A DNA stretch of 64,000 nt, taken from positions 6,386,001 to 6,450,000 of the forward strand of contig NW_027362790.1 in NCBI RefSeq assembly GCF_046119375.1. The letters are read 5' to 3'. The stretch's first letter is position 1, and each line of letters starts with the position of its first letter. This DNA is from Phyllobates terribilis. Taxonomy: Eukaryota. Shown piece by piece: positions 1-12,142 of the stretch. The translations under genes and the position numbers were made by a program. Under the pieces are notes generated by a model. The model had not been told where the DNA came from, did no database searches, and saw only the letters and a list, made by a program, of their open reading frames with translations.

Positions 1-428
1 CAAGTTGTGCCGGCTCCGGCAGCACCACAGAATAGAGTCTGTCCCATATCTGGGCACATATGTTCCAGACAATTCCTGAAATTGTTGACTTGCCCAGGAG
101 GAATTCCAAATGAAGGGCCACAAATGATACACCAGTAGATAGAAACCTATTGGATAAATGTAACAATGCATAATGAGATAGTGTAGGAGGATATTTTAAC
201 ATAATCAATACCTAATAATAATGCTTAAAATATATCCATAATTAATAAATAGATAAAAAAAACAACCTCTTATTAATACTATATTAGACATTCTTAAACA
301 TTGACCATAGTAAGGCAAACATTATATTTTTACAAAATAACACAAGCATACAATTAAGCTATAGTTACTACACTTGGTAACACACACACAGACTTTTCCA
401 TCCACTATTGAAAAGCGAGGCCACATAG

Positions 429-927
429 TGTCACGTGTGTATCAGATGTGACAGACAGTCGTCCTGCAGGTGGTTGCAGGAGATCCCTTCGTTTAGCATT
501 ACAGACATCTTCTTAACTGTTTCACTCTAGGACCCAGCGGCTACCTCCTTCCTGCTAATTGACACCCTGGTCTGGGTGTTTAAATAGTTTCACTTTCAGC
601 AGGAAGTTACCTGTGATACTCACATTACTCCTTGTGAATGCTTGGAGCTCTCAGACTGCTATCGTGTTCTGTGGTGCTAGGAGGACGCTTGGAGTTATCT
701 CTCTGAAGTCGACTAACGCTAAGCTACTTTCCACCGTGTTTGTCTACCTTGTTGTCTTTAGTCACTAGTGGGGTTGACTAGTGCTCACCTCCCCCCTTTC
801 CTATACAGGGTCAAGCGCTAGGGAAATACAGGGTTTAGGTTCGCGTGCGGCAATTGGTGAGGAAGGAGGTCTCCACTCCCTCTTTCCCGAGTGTCAGGGC
901 TCCCTTTCCCCATCCCTTCATGTTACA
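429..927. mobile_element. Probable solo LTR (Gypsy-type)
   Basis: Begins TGTCAC (429) and ends GTTACA (927). Flanks ATAG/CTAG match a 4-bp TSD at 3 of 4 positions. No internal coding sequence. Confidence 0.5.
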
Positions 928-1400
928 CTAGTCTTTCCCACACCTTGAGTGACACATAGATATTTGGACCTGTAATAATGTTAATTAATAGTGAAACCAA
1001 CAGACTAATTCGTTTTATACCTTAAAAAATTGGCAGTGAACATGTAATAGGCCTGGAGATCAAATTCTTATTTAAAAAAAATTACAACAAAAATACCTTA
1101 TCGTCATAAGAATAAATACTTATCCCCATGGAGGTATTCTGGTATGATATTCCTGACCTCAGCAACTCCAAAAGATGGTCAAATGTAGATACGCTCATCC
1201 GACAATAGTCATAAAACTTTTGAGGATGCAAGCGTAGCTCACAATACAGTCTACTAAACTTACCTTTTGCGGCCCTTTTTGTCAGAAGTGGATGGATCCA
1301 GTATGGACGCCGCCTCCTCGGATCAGTTACAGTTGGCTAGGGCTCACCATAGCGCCAAGATAAGACCCAGTGGAAAAGGATACGCTCTGTATCAGGTTGA

Positions 1401-1992
1401 ATTATTATTATTATTTATTATTATAGCGACATTTATTCCATGGCGCTTTACATGTGATAGGGATATACATAGCAAAAACATTTACATAGTCTTAACAAAA
1501 CGAGTCAGCGACTGGTACAGGAGGAGCGAGGACCCTGCCTGCGAGGGCTCACAGTCTACAAGGGATGGGTGAGGATACAGTAGGTGAGGGTAGAGGAGGT
1601 CATGCAGTAACGTGGTGGAGCGGTGGTTACTGCAGGTAGTAGGCTTGTCGGAAGAGGTAGGTCTTCAGGTTTCTTTTGAAGGCTTCCATGGTAGGCGAGA
1701 GTCTGATGTGTTGGGGTAGAGTTCCAGAGTAGGGGGGATGCACGGGAGAAATCTTGTATGCGATTGTGGGAAGAGGAGATAAGAGGGGAGTAGAGAAGGA
1801 GATCTTATGAGGATCGGAGGTTGCGTGCAGGTAAGTACCGGGAGACTAGATCACAGATGTATGGAGGAGACAGGTTGTGGATGGCTTGGTGTGTCATGGT
1901 TAGGGTTTTGAACTGAAGTCTCTGGGCAATCGGGAGCCAGTGAAGGGATTGACAGAGAGGAGAGGCCGGGGAATAGCGGGGGTAGTTGTTGC
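1401..1992 (-). mobile_element. L2 LINE 3' fragment
   Basis: Minus strand translates to L2-type C-terminus (LCQSLHWLPIAQRLQFKTL...DFSRASPLLWN...FKRNLKTYLF). Ends in a (TAA)n-type tail at about 1401-1423. Confidence 0.8.
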
Positions 1993-2399
1993 CAAAAATA
2001 CTTCAAAACCAGGCTACAGCGGTATTATGGGGGAATATCCCAACATGATATATGTGCTCACAGTGTGGGACATGGAAACGAGGCTTTTTATAGGGTTCTA
2101 CACAAGGATTTCTTAGGCATCTTAGTGAAAATACATGATGAAAATTACAAGGCAGACGGATGCCATTCGCATCGCATACGCTCATATGTGAAAAAGACGG
2201 CACAATCACACTACACTCGCAGAGCAATTGAAAGAAAAATAGCGTGACACTCATCCGACTCTCCTGCATTAAAATAAGACGCGAGTGTGACTGCGGCCTA
2301 AGAAGGGTTATGATAGGAATCGTTGGAGTCAGAGTCCTGGAAAGTATTGTCAGAGGAATCAAATTCAGAGGAGCTGGAACATGGGATTTGGAGGCAGAT

Positions 2400-2860
2400 T
2401 TGTGGTATGAATGGGGTATTAATATTGATTTGGGGGTGTGTAGTGTTCCACTCCATCTACCCCATTCATACACCTGGTTAAGTGTATAGTCATTATTATC
2501 GCGTTGGAATTTATTTTTCTTCATAGACATAATGCTGTCTTCCAATTTGGTGATCGTTTGTTGTGTTTTACTTATAAATGCTCCATGTTCTGTGTTAGAT
2601 TTATATGGCTCCAATGTTAGTTTAATATCATTCATTTATGATTGAACAGCAATTCATTTTTCTCCTCATTGTTAACAATAAGACACATGAGATTTAGAGA
2701 ACATGTAGTAAGTAAATGGTTCCATTGCTCCACAAATTGCTGGGAATAAATGGTTGTTGGAAGTTTTTTGATCCGTAGTCCTCTAGGGACCATATCTTTA
2801 TCAATATAATTCCGTAATGTTGTTTTGTCCCACCATGTTTTCATTTCATAAATCATGATT
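2400..2860 (-). mobile_element. Penelope-like element N-terminal coding fragment (frameshifted)
   Basis: ORFs 2632-2856 (WWDKTTLRNYI..MVPRGLRIKK..QWN.LL..CSL.LM) and 2003-2635 (KKNKFQRD..DY) resemble, from recall, the N-terminus of amphibian Penelope/Neptune ORFs. Confidence 0.55.
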
Positions 2861-3294
2861 TTTTTTTAAGTTTCCTTAAGTTGTCAAACATGGAATTAGG
2901 AGTCTGATGCGACTGTCTGCCATTATCAGCCATAACCGCCACACCATACGCCCTTATGAACCATGGCCTACACCATGGCTGTCTCCTCTCTAGTTTTCCC
3001 TATGACCTAAATAATCCTCCTATACTATAAGGCCTCCACACTGTCCGCCTTAATGAGCTATACCCACCACATTGTCTGCCATTATCAGCTATAACCGCCA
3101 CACCATCCACCCTTATCAACCATGGCCTATACCATGGCTGTCTCCTCTTTAGTTTTCCCTTACACTCTCTATATCTCCACACTGCCCCCCACCATACTAA
3201 CCTCTCTCCATATTGTGCCATTTCACACTGCCCTCCCTCAATATCCATTCTGTGTCTCTTTTCACACTATGCCCTCATACTGCTCTCTCCAAAC

Positions 3295-3482
3295 TGTATC
3301 CCACAGCGCAGGTATAATGTCCCCCACAGCGCAGGTATAATGTCCCCCACAGCTCCCAGTATAATGTCCCCCACAGCTCCCAGTATAATGTCTCCCACAG
3401 CTCCCAGTATAATGTCCCCCACAGCTCCCAGTATAATGTCCCCCACAGCTCCCAGTATAATGTCCCCCACAGTCCCTGATAT
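3295..3482. repeat. 24-bp minisatellite, about 8 copies
   Basis: Unit CCCCCACAGCTCCCAGTATAATGT in tandem. Confidence 0.95.
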
Positions 3483-3499
3483 AAAGTGATGTCCTCTAC

Positions 3500-4420
3500 A
3501 GCCAGCAATCCTTTATTATAGAGGAAAATGAGATCATTGGGTTTGAAACATAGAGCAACAGGTCATCTGAATATAGAGCTAATTTATAGTGATGTGAGCC
3601 TATAGTAACTCCACTAATATCTGGATTTGTATGTAATGCTACCACTAAATGTTCCATCAGAGGAACATAAGGGACAACCTTGCCTCGCCCCATTTTTAAT
3701 AGAAAATGTGTCCGATAGAAAGATAGAAGGCCGTTTACCCCAACTATCACTTTAGGGTCAGTGTATAAGAATAGAATTTTAGATAACAAGAAGTAACCCA
3801 ACCCAGTTTGTGGTAGGGCGCTCTTTAAGAAAGTCCAATGCACTGTGTCGAATGCTTTAATGGCGTCAACAGAAACATGGCACATTGGGATCCCCTGGCT
3901 TTTTGCATGGGAAATTAACAATGTTTTATTTGTATTATCATGAGCTTCTCTAGCCTTAACAAAGCCAACCTGATCGTTGCCAACAATTGAGGGTAGATAG
4001 TGTGAGAGCCGTGTTGCAATTATTTTAGAGAATATTTTGACGTGTACATTAATTATTGATATTGGATAAATATAAGGGCAGGTATTTGGTTCTTTTCCAG
4101 GCTTTGATATAACCGTTATATGAGCCTCAAGTGATTGGGGGGCAAAGGGGTCTTCTGAGATATTATTAAACACTTTTGGTAAAAATGGTAATAACAGAGG
4201 TGCAAACATCTTATAATAAAATCTATTATTGAATCTATCTGGCCCAGGGCTCTTCCCAATAGGGAATGATTTAATGGCCTCTCATATCTGTTGCTCAATG
4301 AAAGCTTTGTCTAGTACCTCCTGCTCGGGGGGCTGTAAGGAAAGTAGGGCAGTGTCCAGAATATATTTGTCAATTTTTGTTTCAAGACTATTAGGTGGCA
4401 TGTCGTGGTATTGTGCATAA
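3500..4420 (-). mobile_element. L1 ORF2 reverse transcriptase fragment (degenerate)
   Basis: KSPGPD, YPISIINVHVKIFSKIIATRL, DQVGFV, VDAIKAFD and YSDDLLLY motifs. Cut at 4421 by the Helitron. Confidence 0.9.
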
Positions 4421-4421
4421 A

Positions 4422-5123
4422 TCTAATATATATAATCGTCTTATCCCGTCTGTCTGTCTGTCCTTCTGTCCAGGAAATCCCGCGTCGCTGATTGGTCCGG
4501 CCGCGGCCAATCAGCGACGCGGGATTTCAGAAAAAAGATGGCGGCCGTTAGCGGCTCATCTGCCGCACGGAGGTCAGCGGCGATGCAGCTGGGAGATGAC
4601 CGGCGACTGCTCGCAGAAGTACCCCGACCGGCGGCGCCGCTGACTTCCATGAGGCTACCGTCGGGAGATCAGCGGCTAGGGCCGCTGATCTCCTGACGGC
4701 AAGTGTGAAGGGAGGACCGGGGAGCGGCGCCGCCGGTTGGGATACTTCAGCTGCGAGCAGCCGGTCATCTCCCGGCTGCTCGCAGCGGAAGTACCCGCAC
4801 AGGCAGCGCCGCTCCTCGGTCCTCACTAATACGGTTCGCTGATTGGTCGCGGCCGCCGGCCCCGACCAATCAGCGATATTGGCGCCAAATTTAAACACCA
4901 CTCTGCTGATTGGTCGTGGCCGCCAGCCGCGACCAATCAGCCATTTTGGCGCCAAATTTAAACACGCTCACCAGTCCTCACTTACACGGTTTGCTCATTG
5001 GTCGTGGCCGGGACCAATCAGCAATATTGGCGCCAAATTTAAATGCCGCTCTGCTGATTGCACCCGGTCGGCCGCATACATATTCTAGAATACCCGATGC
5101 GTTAGAATCGGGCCACCATCTAG
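4422..5123 (+). mobile_element. Non-autonomous Helitron
   Basis: 5' TC at 4422, 3' CTAG at 5120-5123, inserted between A (4421) and T (5124), no TSD. Subterminal hairpin CCCGAT-N8-ATCGGG at 5093-5112. Confidence 0.85.
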
Positions 5124-5744
5124 TATTATATAGTGAGCTATAACAGCAATGAAATGCTTCCTCTATGTCAGTGGGGTTATGAATCTATAGCCGGGTGCCC
5201 CTTTTATTCTGGATACGTATGTCCTTTGCATGTGTGGATGTAACCTCCTTGTCAATGAGCGGCCACATTTATCTGTGAATTCATACGAGTATCTTCACAT
5301 GCGATCTTGGTATTTTATACACGTTTCATCTATTAATGACCTTCGCTCCTTTCTTTTTCCAATCAGACCGTTTTTATTGAACAAAACAAAGAATTACCAA
5401 CATTTTGCTTTTCTTATAGAAACATTGTGAGAAAAACAATAAAAAGAAAGAAAAAACAGTAACAATACGACAACCGGTTTACAATGATATAAATCCCAAT
5501 ATCGCTCTATAGTACAAGGTTTTGGAATAGTAATTTTACATTTGTACATAATTATCTGAAATATTCCTGACTGATTATTTTTTTCCCTATTGGGACATCA
5601 AAAGAAAAAGAATATATCTAAGAAGGGACAATTATATGGACTGAGACAATTATTATTCGCTGACACCTTGGGTATAAGGATATAAATTCCTGGTTTACTG
5701 TAAGGAAATGGACAAACGGTCCAGTATAGTATTTCTGAGGTTTA

Positions 5745-8700
5745 AATGGTAAGGCAGTTTCATCATGCTCATATTTGTGAAGGAGTCTATACACTGTGTT
5801 CCAAATTATTATGCAAATAATATTTTCTCAGATTTTCCCAAATTACCTATATGAATTGCAGTCATTGTAATTTTCCAGTAAAATAACTATTAGAGTACAA
5901 TTGAAAGGTTTTTGTACAAACTGCCTATGATAACAGTATTTTTAAAAAAAAATAAAAACTCAAACTGCACTCAAAATGCATGTTCCAAATTATTATGCAC
6001 AGCAGTTTTCAACCTTTTCATTTTAATAAAGAACAAAAAAATGGTCATTTTTGCAATTATAAGCATTAGCAGGTTATTACACACTGAAATCAAACAGTTT
6101 TCAACTCAAAACTTTATTCTAGGTGATGTTACATTTGCACATAGCACCGCTTGTTCGAAAGGAGCTTCTGAACTCTCTCGTCCATTGAATTTGTCAGGTT
6201 TTGGATGGTTTCTGCTTCAATTGTTTTGCATGAGGACAGAATACCCTCCCAGAGCTGTTGCTTAGATGTGAACTGCCTCCCATCATAGACACTCCTTTTG
6301 ATGATGCTCCAGAGGTTCTCAATGGGGTTGAGGTCAGGGGAGTATGGGGGCCACACCATAAGTTTGTCCCCTTTTATGCCCACTCCATCCATCTGGACCA
6401 TCGAACTGTTTTGTTCACCGATGAGTGCTGTGCAACGCTTGATGGTCCAGATGGATAGAGTGGAGGATGGCTGGTTGATGGACACCCCATGCAAACACGG
6501 CTACGGCGCCAACAAGGAGGAGGTGGAGTAATGTTTTGGGCTGGAATCATGGGGAGAGAGATTGTCGGCCCCTTTAGGATCCCTGAAGGGGTAAAGATGA
6601 ACTCCATAATGTATGTTGAGTTTCTCAAACAGCACTTCCTGCCATGGTTCAAGAAGAAGAACCGTGCATTCCGCAGCAAGATCATTTTCATGCATGATAA
6701 TGCCCCGTCTCATGCTGCACATAACACATCTGCATATCTGGCTGCTATGGGCATAAAAGGGGACAAACTTATGGTGTGACCCCCATGCTCCCCTGACCTC
6801 AACCCCATTGAGAACCTCTGGAGCATCATCAAAAGGAGTGTCTATGATGGCGGGAGGCAGTTCACATCTAAGCAACAGCTCTGGGAGGGTATTCTGTCCT
6901 CATGCAAAACAATTAAAGCAGAAACCATCCAAAACCTGACAAATTCAATTGAGTGTTTTATTTTTTTTAAAAATATACTGTTATCATAGGCAGTTTGTAC
7001 AAAAACCTTTCAATTGTACTCTAATAGTTATTTGACTGGAAAATTACAATGACTGCACTTCATATAGGCAATTTGGTAAAATCTGAGAAAATATTATTTT
7101 AATAATAATTTGGAACACAGTGTAGTCTCAAGAAGGTCTGAGACACAGAGTGAGTCTTTCAGTAGATAATCATTTAAGTTCCCACAGTTGAAGCCTTGGT
7201 GGAGTCAGGTATAGTCAGATAACAATATACAGGAGCATGATCTGACCATATAGCAGTCCCTATCAGAGATGTAGGTTGCCATGTAAGCAAGTGATGGCAA
7301 TTTAATGAAAAGTCTCTATGGCAATGCATATTGAGTATAGGAGAATAATACGTATAATCCTTTAGATCTGGATGTTGTATCTTCCATACATCGACCAGTT
7401 GAAAAGACCGGAGCAGGTTTAGCAAAGCTTTTGGGTGATTTCGATTGGTGACTCCAGCCCAGGAACGTCTCTAAAGAAGGATCCAAGACAAAATGAAAGT
7501 CACCTTCAATGATGATAAGGTCCTACAGAAAATGCTTTAGTTTGTTTAAGTATTGACATCATGTCTTAATTAGGTCACAATTAGGGAGACAGAAGTTTGC
7601 CAAAGTCAAAATGTTGGAATAGATGGAGATCTTAAACCCATACACCCTCTCAGTGTCAGACAGTGTTTCTACAATAGTATGCGGCAGTGATCTGTGTCGG
7701 CCTATACTCTGCACCTTAGACTTCAAAACAGCATTTGTACTGTGACGCCAAGATGAATAATATCTGTTAGTAAACAGGGTACAGTATATGATCGCCTCTA
7801 AAGTGGGTCTCCTGAAGAAGGAGAAAATGAACGTGTTGTTTATTCATATGATAAAACACTTGAGCTCCTTTCTCTCGAACATTAAGTCCTCTGACATTCA
7901 ATGAACGAGTTTTGAGTTGTGTTGTGTTGTATATGAAAAAAAAGGAGGAGGAGAGAAAGATTAAGAGCAAAGAGGAGGTATAGATGGTAGAGAGTAACGT
8001 CTACCTCTCAGTGGCCAAGAGGTATAGATTATGAATATATCGAACACCAGGAAATTACGAAACAAGCAGATCCCAATGCAAGTCCCTAACTGAGGGTTGT
8101 CTTTACAGGCGTAAGTCAAACCTTTAGTCCTAGGGTTCCTACTAGGGGGAACCATAGAATATATAGCGAGCAAAGTAATACGGCCTGATATTACAGTAAT
8201 ATAATGTGAACTCAAATTAAATGGCGTTCTAAGATATGAACTGAGACATTCTGTATAGTGGAAGAGTGGCACCTAAAACTCTATTTAGATATATCTTATT
8301 ATATTCTGAAAGAAATAAGTACGCATCTGCAAATTGTCTCTCTCATCAGGGAAAAGAAGATTCATTTCAGGAGCTCATATGATTGGCAGGTTCCTTTTCC
8401 GTCTGGGTGCATCACCATTAAATTCCTGATCCATTGAAAGCCTTCTGTGAGGTGCCGAAACTCTGTGGCAATGGTGGAGAAGGTGGCCAGTCAGATATAT
8501 GGATTCTGGGAATGTCCAGGACATCACAGAATGGTCTCATGTCGCTTTGATCTTTCAAAGTATACAATGTACCATTTTTTTCGGACTTGCAGCTGGAATG
8601 GGTACCACAGGAGTACATCAGACCATTTTCCTAGAGAGTATCAAGTAGTGGTTTCAATACCCTTCTTTGAGCAAGTGCCATTCAGGATAGATCTGTGAGC

Positions 8701-9790
8701 AATTGTATGCGTTTTCCATTGAAATCACCAGGACCCAAATCCCCTGCTTTCCTCACAACGGCCTCTTTTACATTGAAAAAATGTATGTGACCGATAATGT
8801 CCCTTGGACGCTCAGGATCTGGGCCATGATTGCCTAATGTACGGTGCGCCCTGTCGATCTCCAGCTCCTTATCAATAGGGTCACCAAGGATATAATTGAA
8901 CAATGTCCACAGTGTTGGCATAATCGCTTGTGCATTGATGATTTCAGGATATTATTGTGATTTTCTTGGTCATCAATGATATTAAAGAGACTGTTTATTT
9001 GCTGGCTGTGAAGATCCAGTGTTTGTTTCTGAGCATTTTGATGGCCACAACTTGTACGACATCATCCTCTTATCTCTGTACCTTGTCAGTAAGCTGTGAT
9101 AGGCTAGAAGTGAGGGGACGTATTTCAGTTTTGTACGTGGTCTTCAGCCTTTGTATATATTGCTCTATCTCTTGTTTACTAGGGATAGACGGAATATGAA
9201 ATACAAATCAATTATGGCTTTCCCCATATTAAAATCCCTGTGGCTGGGGGAGTATATTTCCCTGTGCAGCAAGCACTGCTCAGTATGTGGGCTTTGGTGA
9301 GAATACAGGGAGATTTGTGGAGATGTTTTCTTGTGAGGCCTACATTAAGAGAGAGGTTGGTGCAGGACTTACAGGCTTGAGCTATCTGGCATCATGAGGG
9401 TTAATACTGCTTCTTTTTCCAAGCTGAGATGAGGCAGTAATGGTTCCAGAGCAGGATGATAAGACTTTCGATAAGAAACACTGCATACCAGACATGCTGA
9501 CGGAGGTGGAGGACCTCAGATTAACCTCAGATCTCTCGTCTTTCTTTCCCATATCGGACGTCCTGTTTAAGGCTGGAAATTGCTTATAATTCCCCCAGGA
9601 ACACGGTCTGAAGAGAGTGCTCTCATTGCTATGTCCAGGCCATGTCTTTCCTGTTGATTTTCAATACGTACAGTACGAAGGCGGTGTTGATTGGGAGCAG
9701 GATTGTGTGATGTAATAACCTTATGTGAGCCCCAGAAACGCGAGTTGTGACACCAATGGAACGGCGCCACAACGGGAGGTGCGTATGAGT
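5745..9790 (-). mobile_element. Degenerate L1 5' half (ORF1 + endonuclease), interrupted by Tc1
   Basis: ORF1 remnants (LEIDRAHR, IQLLTDLS). EN remnants (SLNVRGLN, LQETH, WSDHAPV). Removing the Tc1 at 5792-7122 restores ...DLLETIDSF, matching LKDSIDSF of the full-length L1. Outer limits approximate. Confidence 0.85.
5792..7122. mobile_element. Tc1-family transposon derivative carrying two 3' ends
   Basis: TIR CACTGTGTTCCAAATTATT at both ends, TA TSD at 5790-5791 and 7123-7124. The transposase C-terminus (PDLNPIENLWS) is present on both strands. Confidence 0.9.
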
Positions 9791-9962
9791 GTTTTTATTT
9801 TAAAAAGGCCAAACATGAGGAATGAGAAGGAGTTGTACCAATAGAAGTGGAAAACCTCTTTAAGAAGATACAATTTTTGGTTAGAATTTAAATAGGCTTC
9901 TCCCCTGTGTGACTTCTCTGAAGTTTATTAAGAGTTGATTTCTGAGTAAAACATTTCCCACA

Positions 9963-12142
9963 TTAAGAACATGAAAATGGCTTCTCACCTGTGTGAGTAC
10001 TTTGGTGACTAAGAAGTGAGTATTTCTTCACAAAACATTTTCCACATTCTGAACAGGAAAAAGGCTTCTCCCCTGTGTGGGTTCTCTGGTGTATAACAAC
10101 ATCTGATTTCTGGTTAAAACATTTGCCACATTCTGAACAGGAAAAAAGCTTCTCCCCTGTGTGAATTCTCTGGTGCTTAACCAGATTTGATTTCTGGCTA
10201 AAACATTTTCCACATTCTGAACAGGAAAAAGGTTTCTCCCCTGTGTGAGTTCTCTGGTGCTTACCCAAATCTGATTTCTGTTTAAAACATTTTCCACATT
10301 CTGAACAGGAAAAAGGCTTCTCCACTGTGTGAGTTCTCTGGTGATTGACCAAATCTGAATTCTGGTTAAAACATTTCCCACACTCTGAACATGAAAAAGG
10401 CTTCTCCCCTGTGTGGGTTCTCTGGTGGCTATCAAGAATCGCTTTACGGTTAAAACATTTACCACATTCTGAACAGGAAAAAGGCTTCTCCCCTGTGTGA
10501 GTTCTCTGGTGATTGACCAAATCTGATTTCTGGTTAAAACATTTCTCACATTCAAAACAGGAAAAAGGCTTCTCCCCTGTGTGAGTTCTCTGATGTCTGA
10601 TAAAACTTGATTTTAATGTAAAACATTTTCCACATTCTGAACAAGAAAGTGGCTTCTCTCCTGTGTGGGTTTTCTGGTGGTTATCAAGATGCACTTTCTG
10701 GTTAAAACATTTCCCACATTCTGAGCATGAAAAAGGCATCTCCCCTGTGTGAGTTCTCTGGTGACTATCAAGAATCTCTTTACGGTTAAAACATTTCCCA
10801 CATTCTGAACAGGAAAAAGGTTTCTCCCCTGTGTGAATTCTCTGGTGCTTAACCAAACCTGATTTCTGGTTAAAACATTTTCCACATTCTGAACAGGAAA
10901 AAGGCTTCTCCCCTGTGTGAGTTCTCTGGTGGCTATCAAGAATTGCTTTACGGTTAAAACATTTCCCACATTCTGAACAGGAAAAAGGCTTCTCCCCTGT
11001 GTGAATTCTCTGGTGCTTAAGCAAATCTGATTTATGGTTAAAACATTTTCCACATTCTGAACAGGAAAAAGGCTTCTCCCCTGTGTGAGTTCTCTGGTGA
11101 TTGACCAAATCAAATTTCTGTTTAAAACATTTCCCACATTCTGAACAGGAAAAAGGCTTCTCCCCTGTGTGAGTTCTCTGGTGCTTAAGCAAATCTGATT
11201 TCTGGTTAAAACATTTCCCACATTCTGAACAGGAAAAAGGCCTCTCCCCTGTGTGAGTTCTCTGGTGATAGACCAAATCTAATTTCTGGTTAAAACATTT
11301 CCCACATTCTGAACATGAAAAAGGCTTCTCCCCTGTGTGGGTTCTCTGGTGGCTATCAAGAATCGCTTTACGGTTAAAACATTTACCACATTCTGAACAG
11401 GAAAAAGGCTTCTCCCCTGTGTGAGTTCTCTGGTGATTGACCAAATCTGATTTCTGGTTAAAACATTTCTCACATTCAAAACAGGAAAAAGGCTTCTCCC
11501 CTGTGTGAGTTCTCTGATGTCTGATAAAACTTGATTTCAATGTAAAACATTTTCCACATTCTGAACAAGTAAATGGCTTCTCTCCTTTGTGGGTTTTCTG
11601 GTGGTTATCAAGATGCGCTTTCTGGTTAAAACATTTCCCACATTCTGAGCATGAAAAAGGCGTCTCCCCTGTGTGAGTTCTCTGATGTCTGATAAACCTT
11701 GATTTCTCTGTAAAACATTTTCCACATTCTGAACAAGAAAATGGCTTCTTCTTTGTGTGAACTCTCTGGTGATTAACAAGATTTGATTTCTGATTAAAAC
11801 ATTTCCCACACTTGAAACAAAAAAATCTTTTCTCCGCTGTGTGAATGTTTTGATGTATAAGAAAACTATTTCCATATTCTGAACGTGAAAATGGCTTCTT
11901 TTCATTAGGAGTAGTTCGTTTTTTAATGCTTATTTTGTGACTTTGATTTCCCTTAGTAGTCGGTAATGAATCAGAAGACAGGATCTGTTTCAAAGGATCA
12001 GTTGAAAGATCTTTGCTGTGAAGGGATGATGGTAAATCTGGAGTAATGGCATTCACTTCAATTGTATTCTGTGAGATCTCAAGATCGTCTGATTTAAAAA
12101 TTGAAGATGTCAGCTGTCCGTCTGATCTCCTGGTACAGTCAT
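9963..12142 (-). CDS. Terminal zinc-finger exon (22 C2H2 fingers, TGEKPF linkers)
   Basis: Uninterrupted frame. Acceptor TTCTTGGCAG at 12143. One degenerate finger precedes the array. Confidence 0.97.

Noticed and set aside
10028-11905. Alternative-frame ORFs over the finger exon
   Set aside because: Shadow frames of the repetitive C2H2 array.
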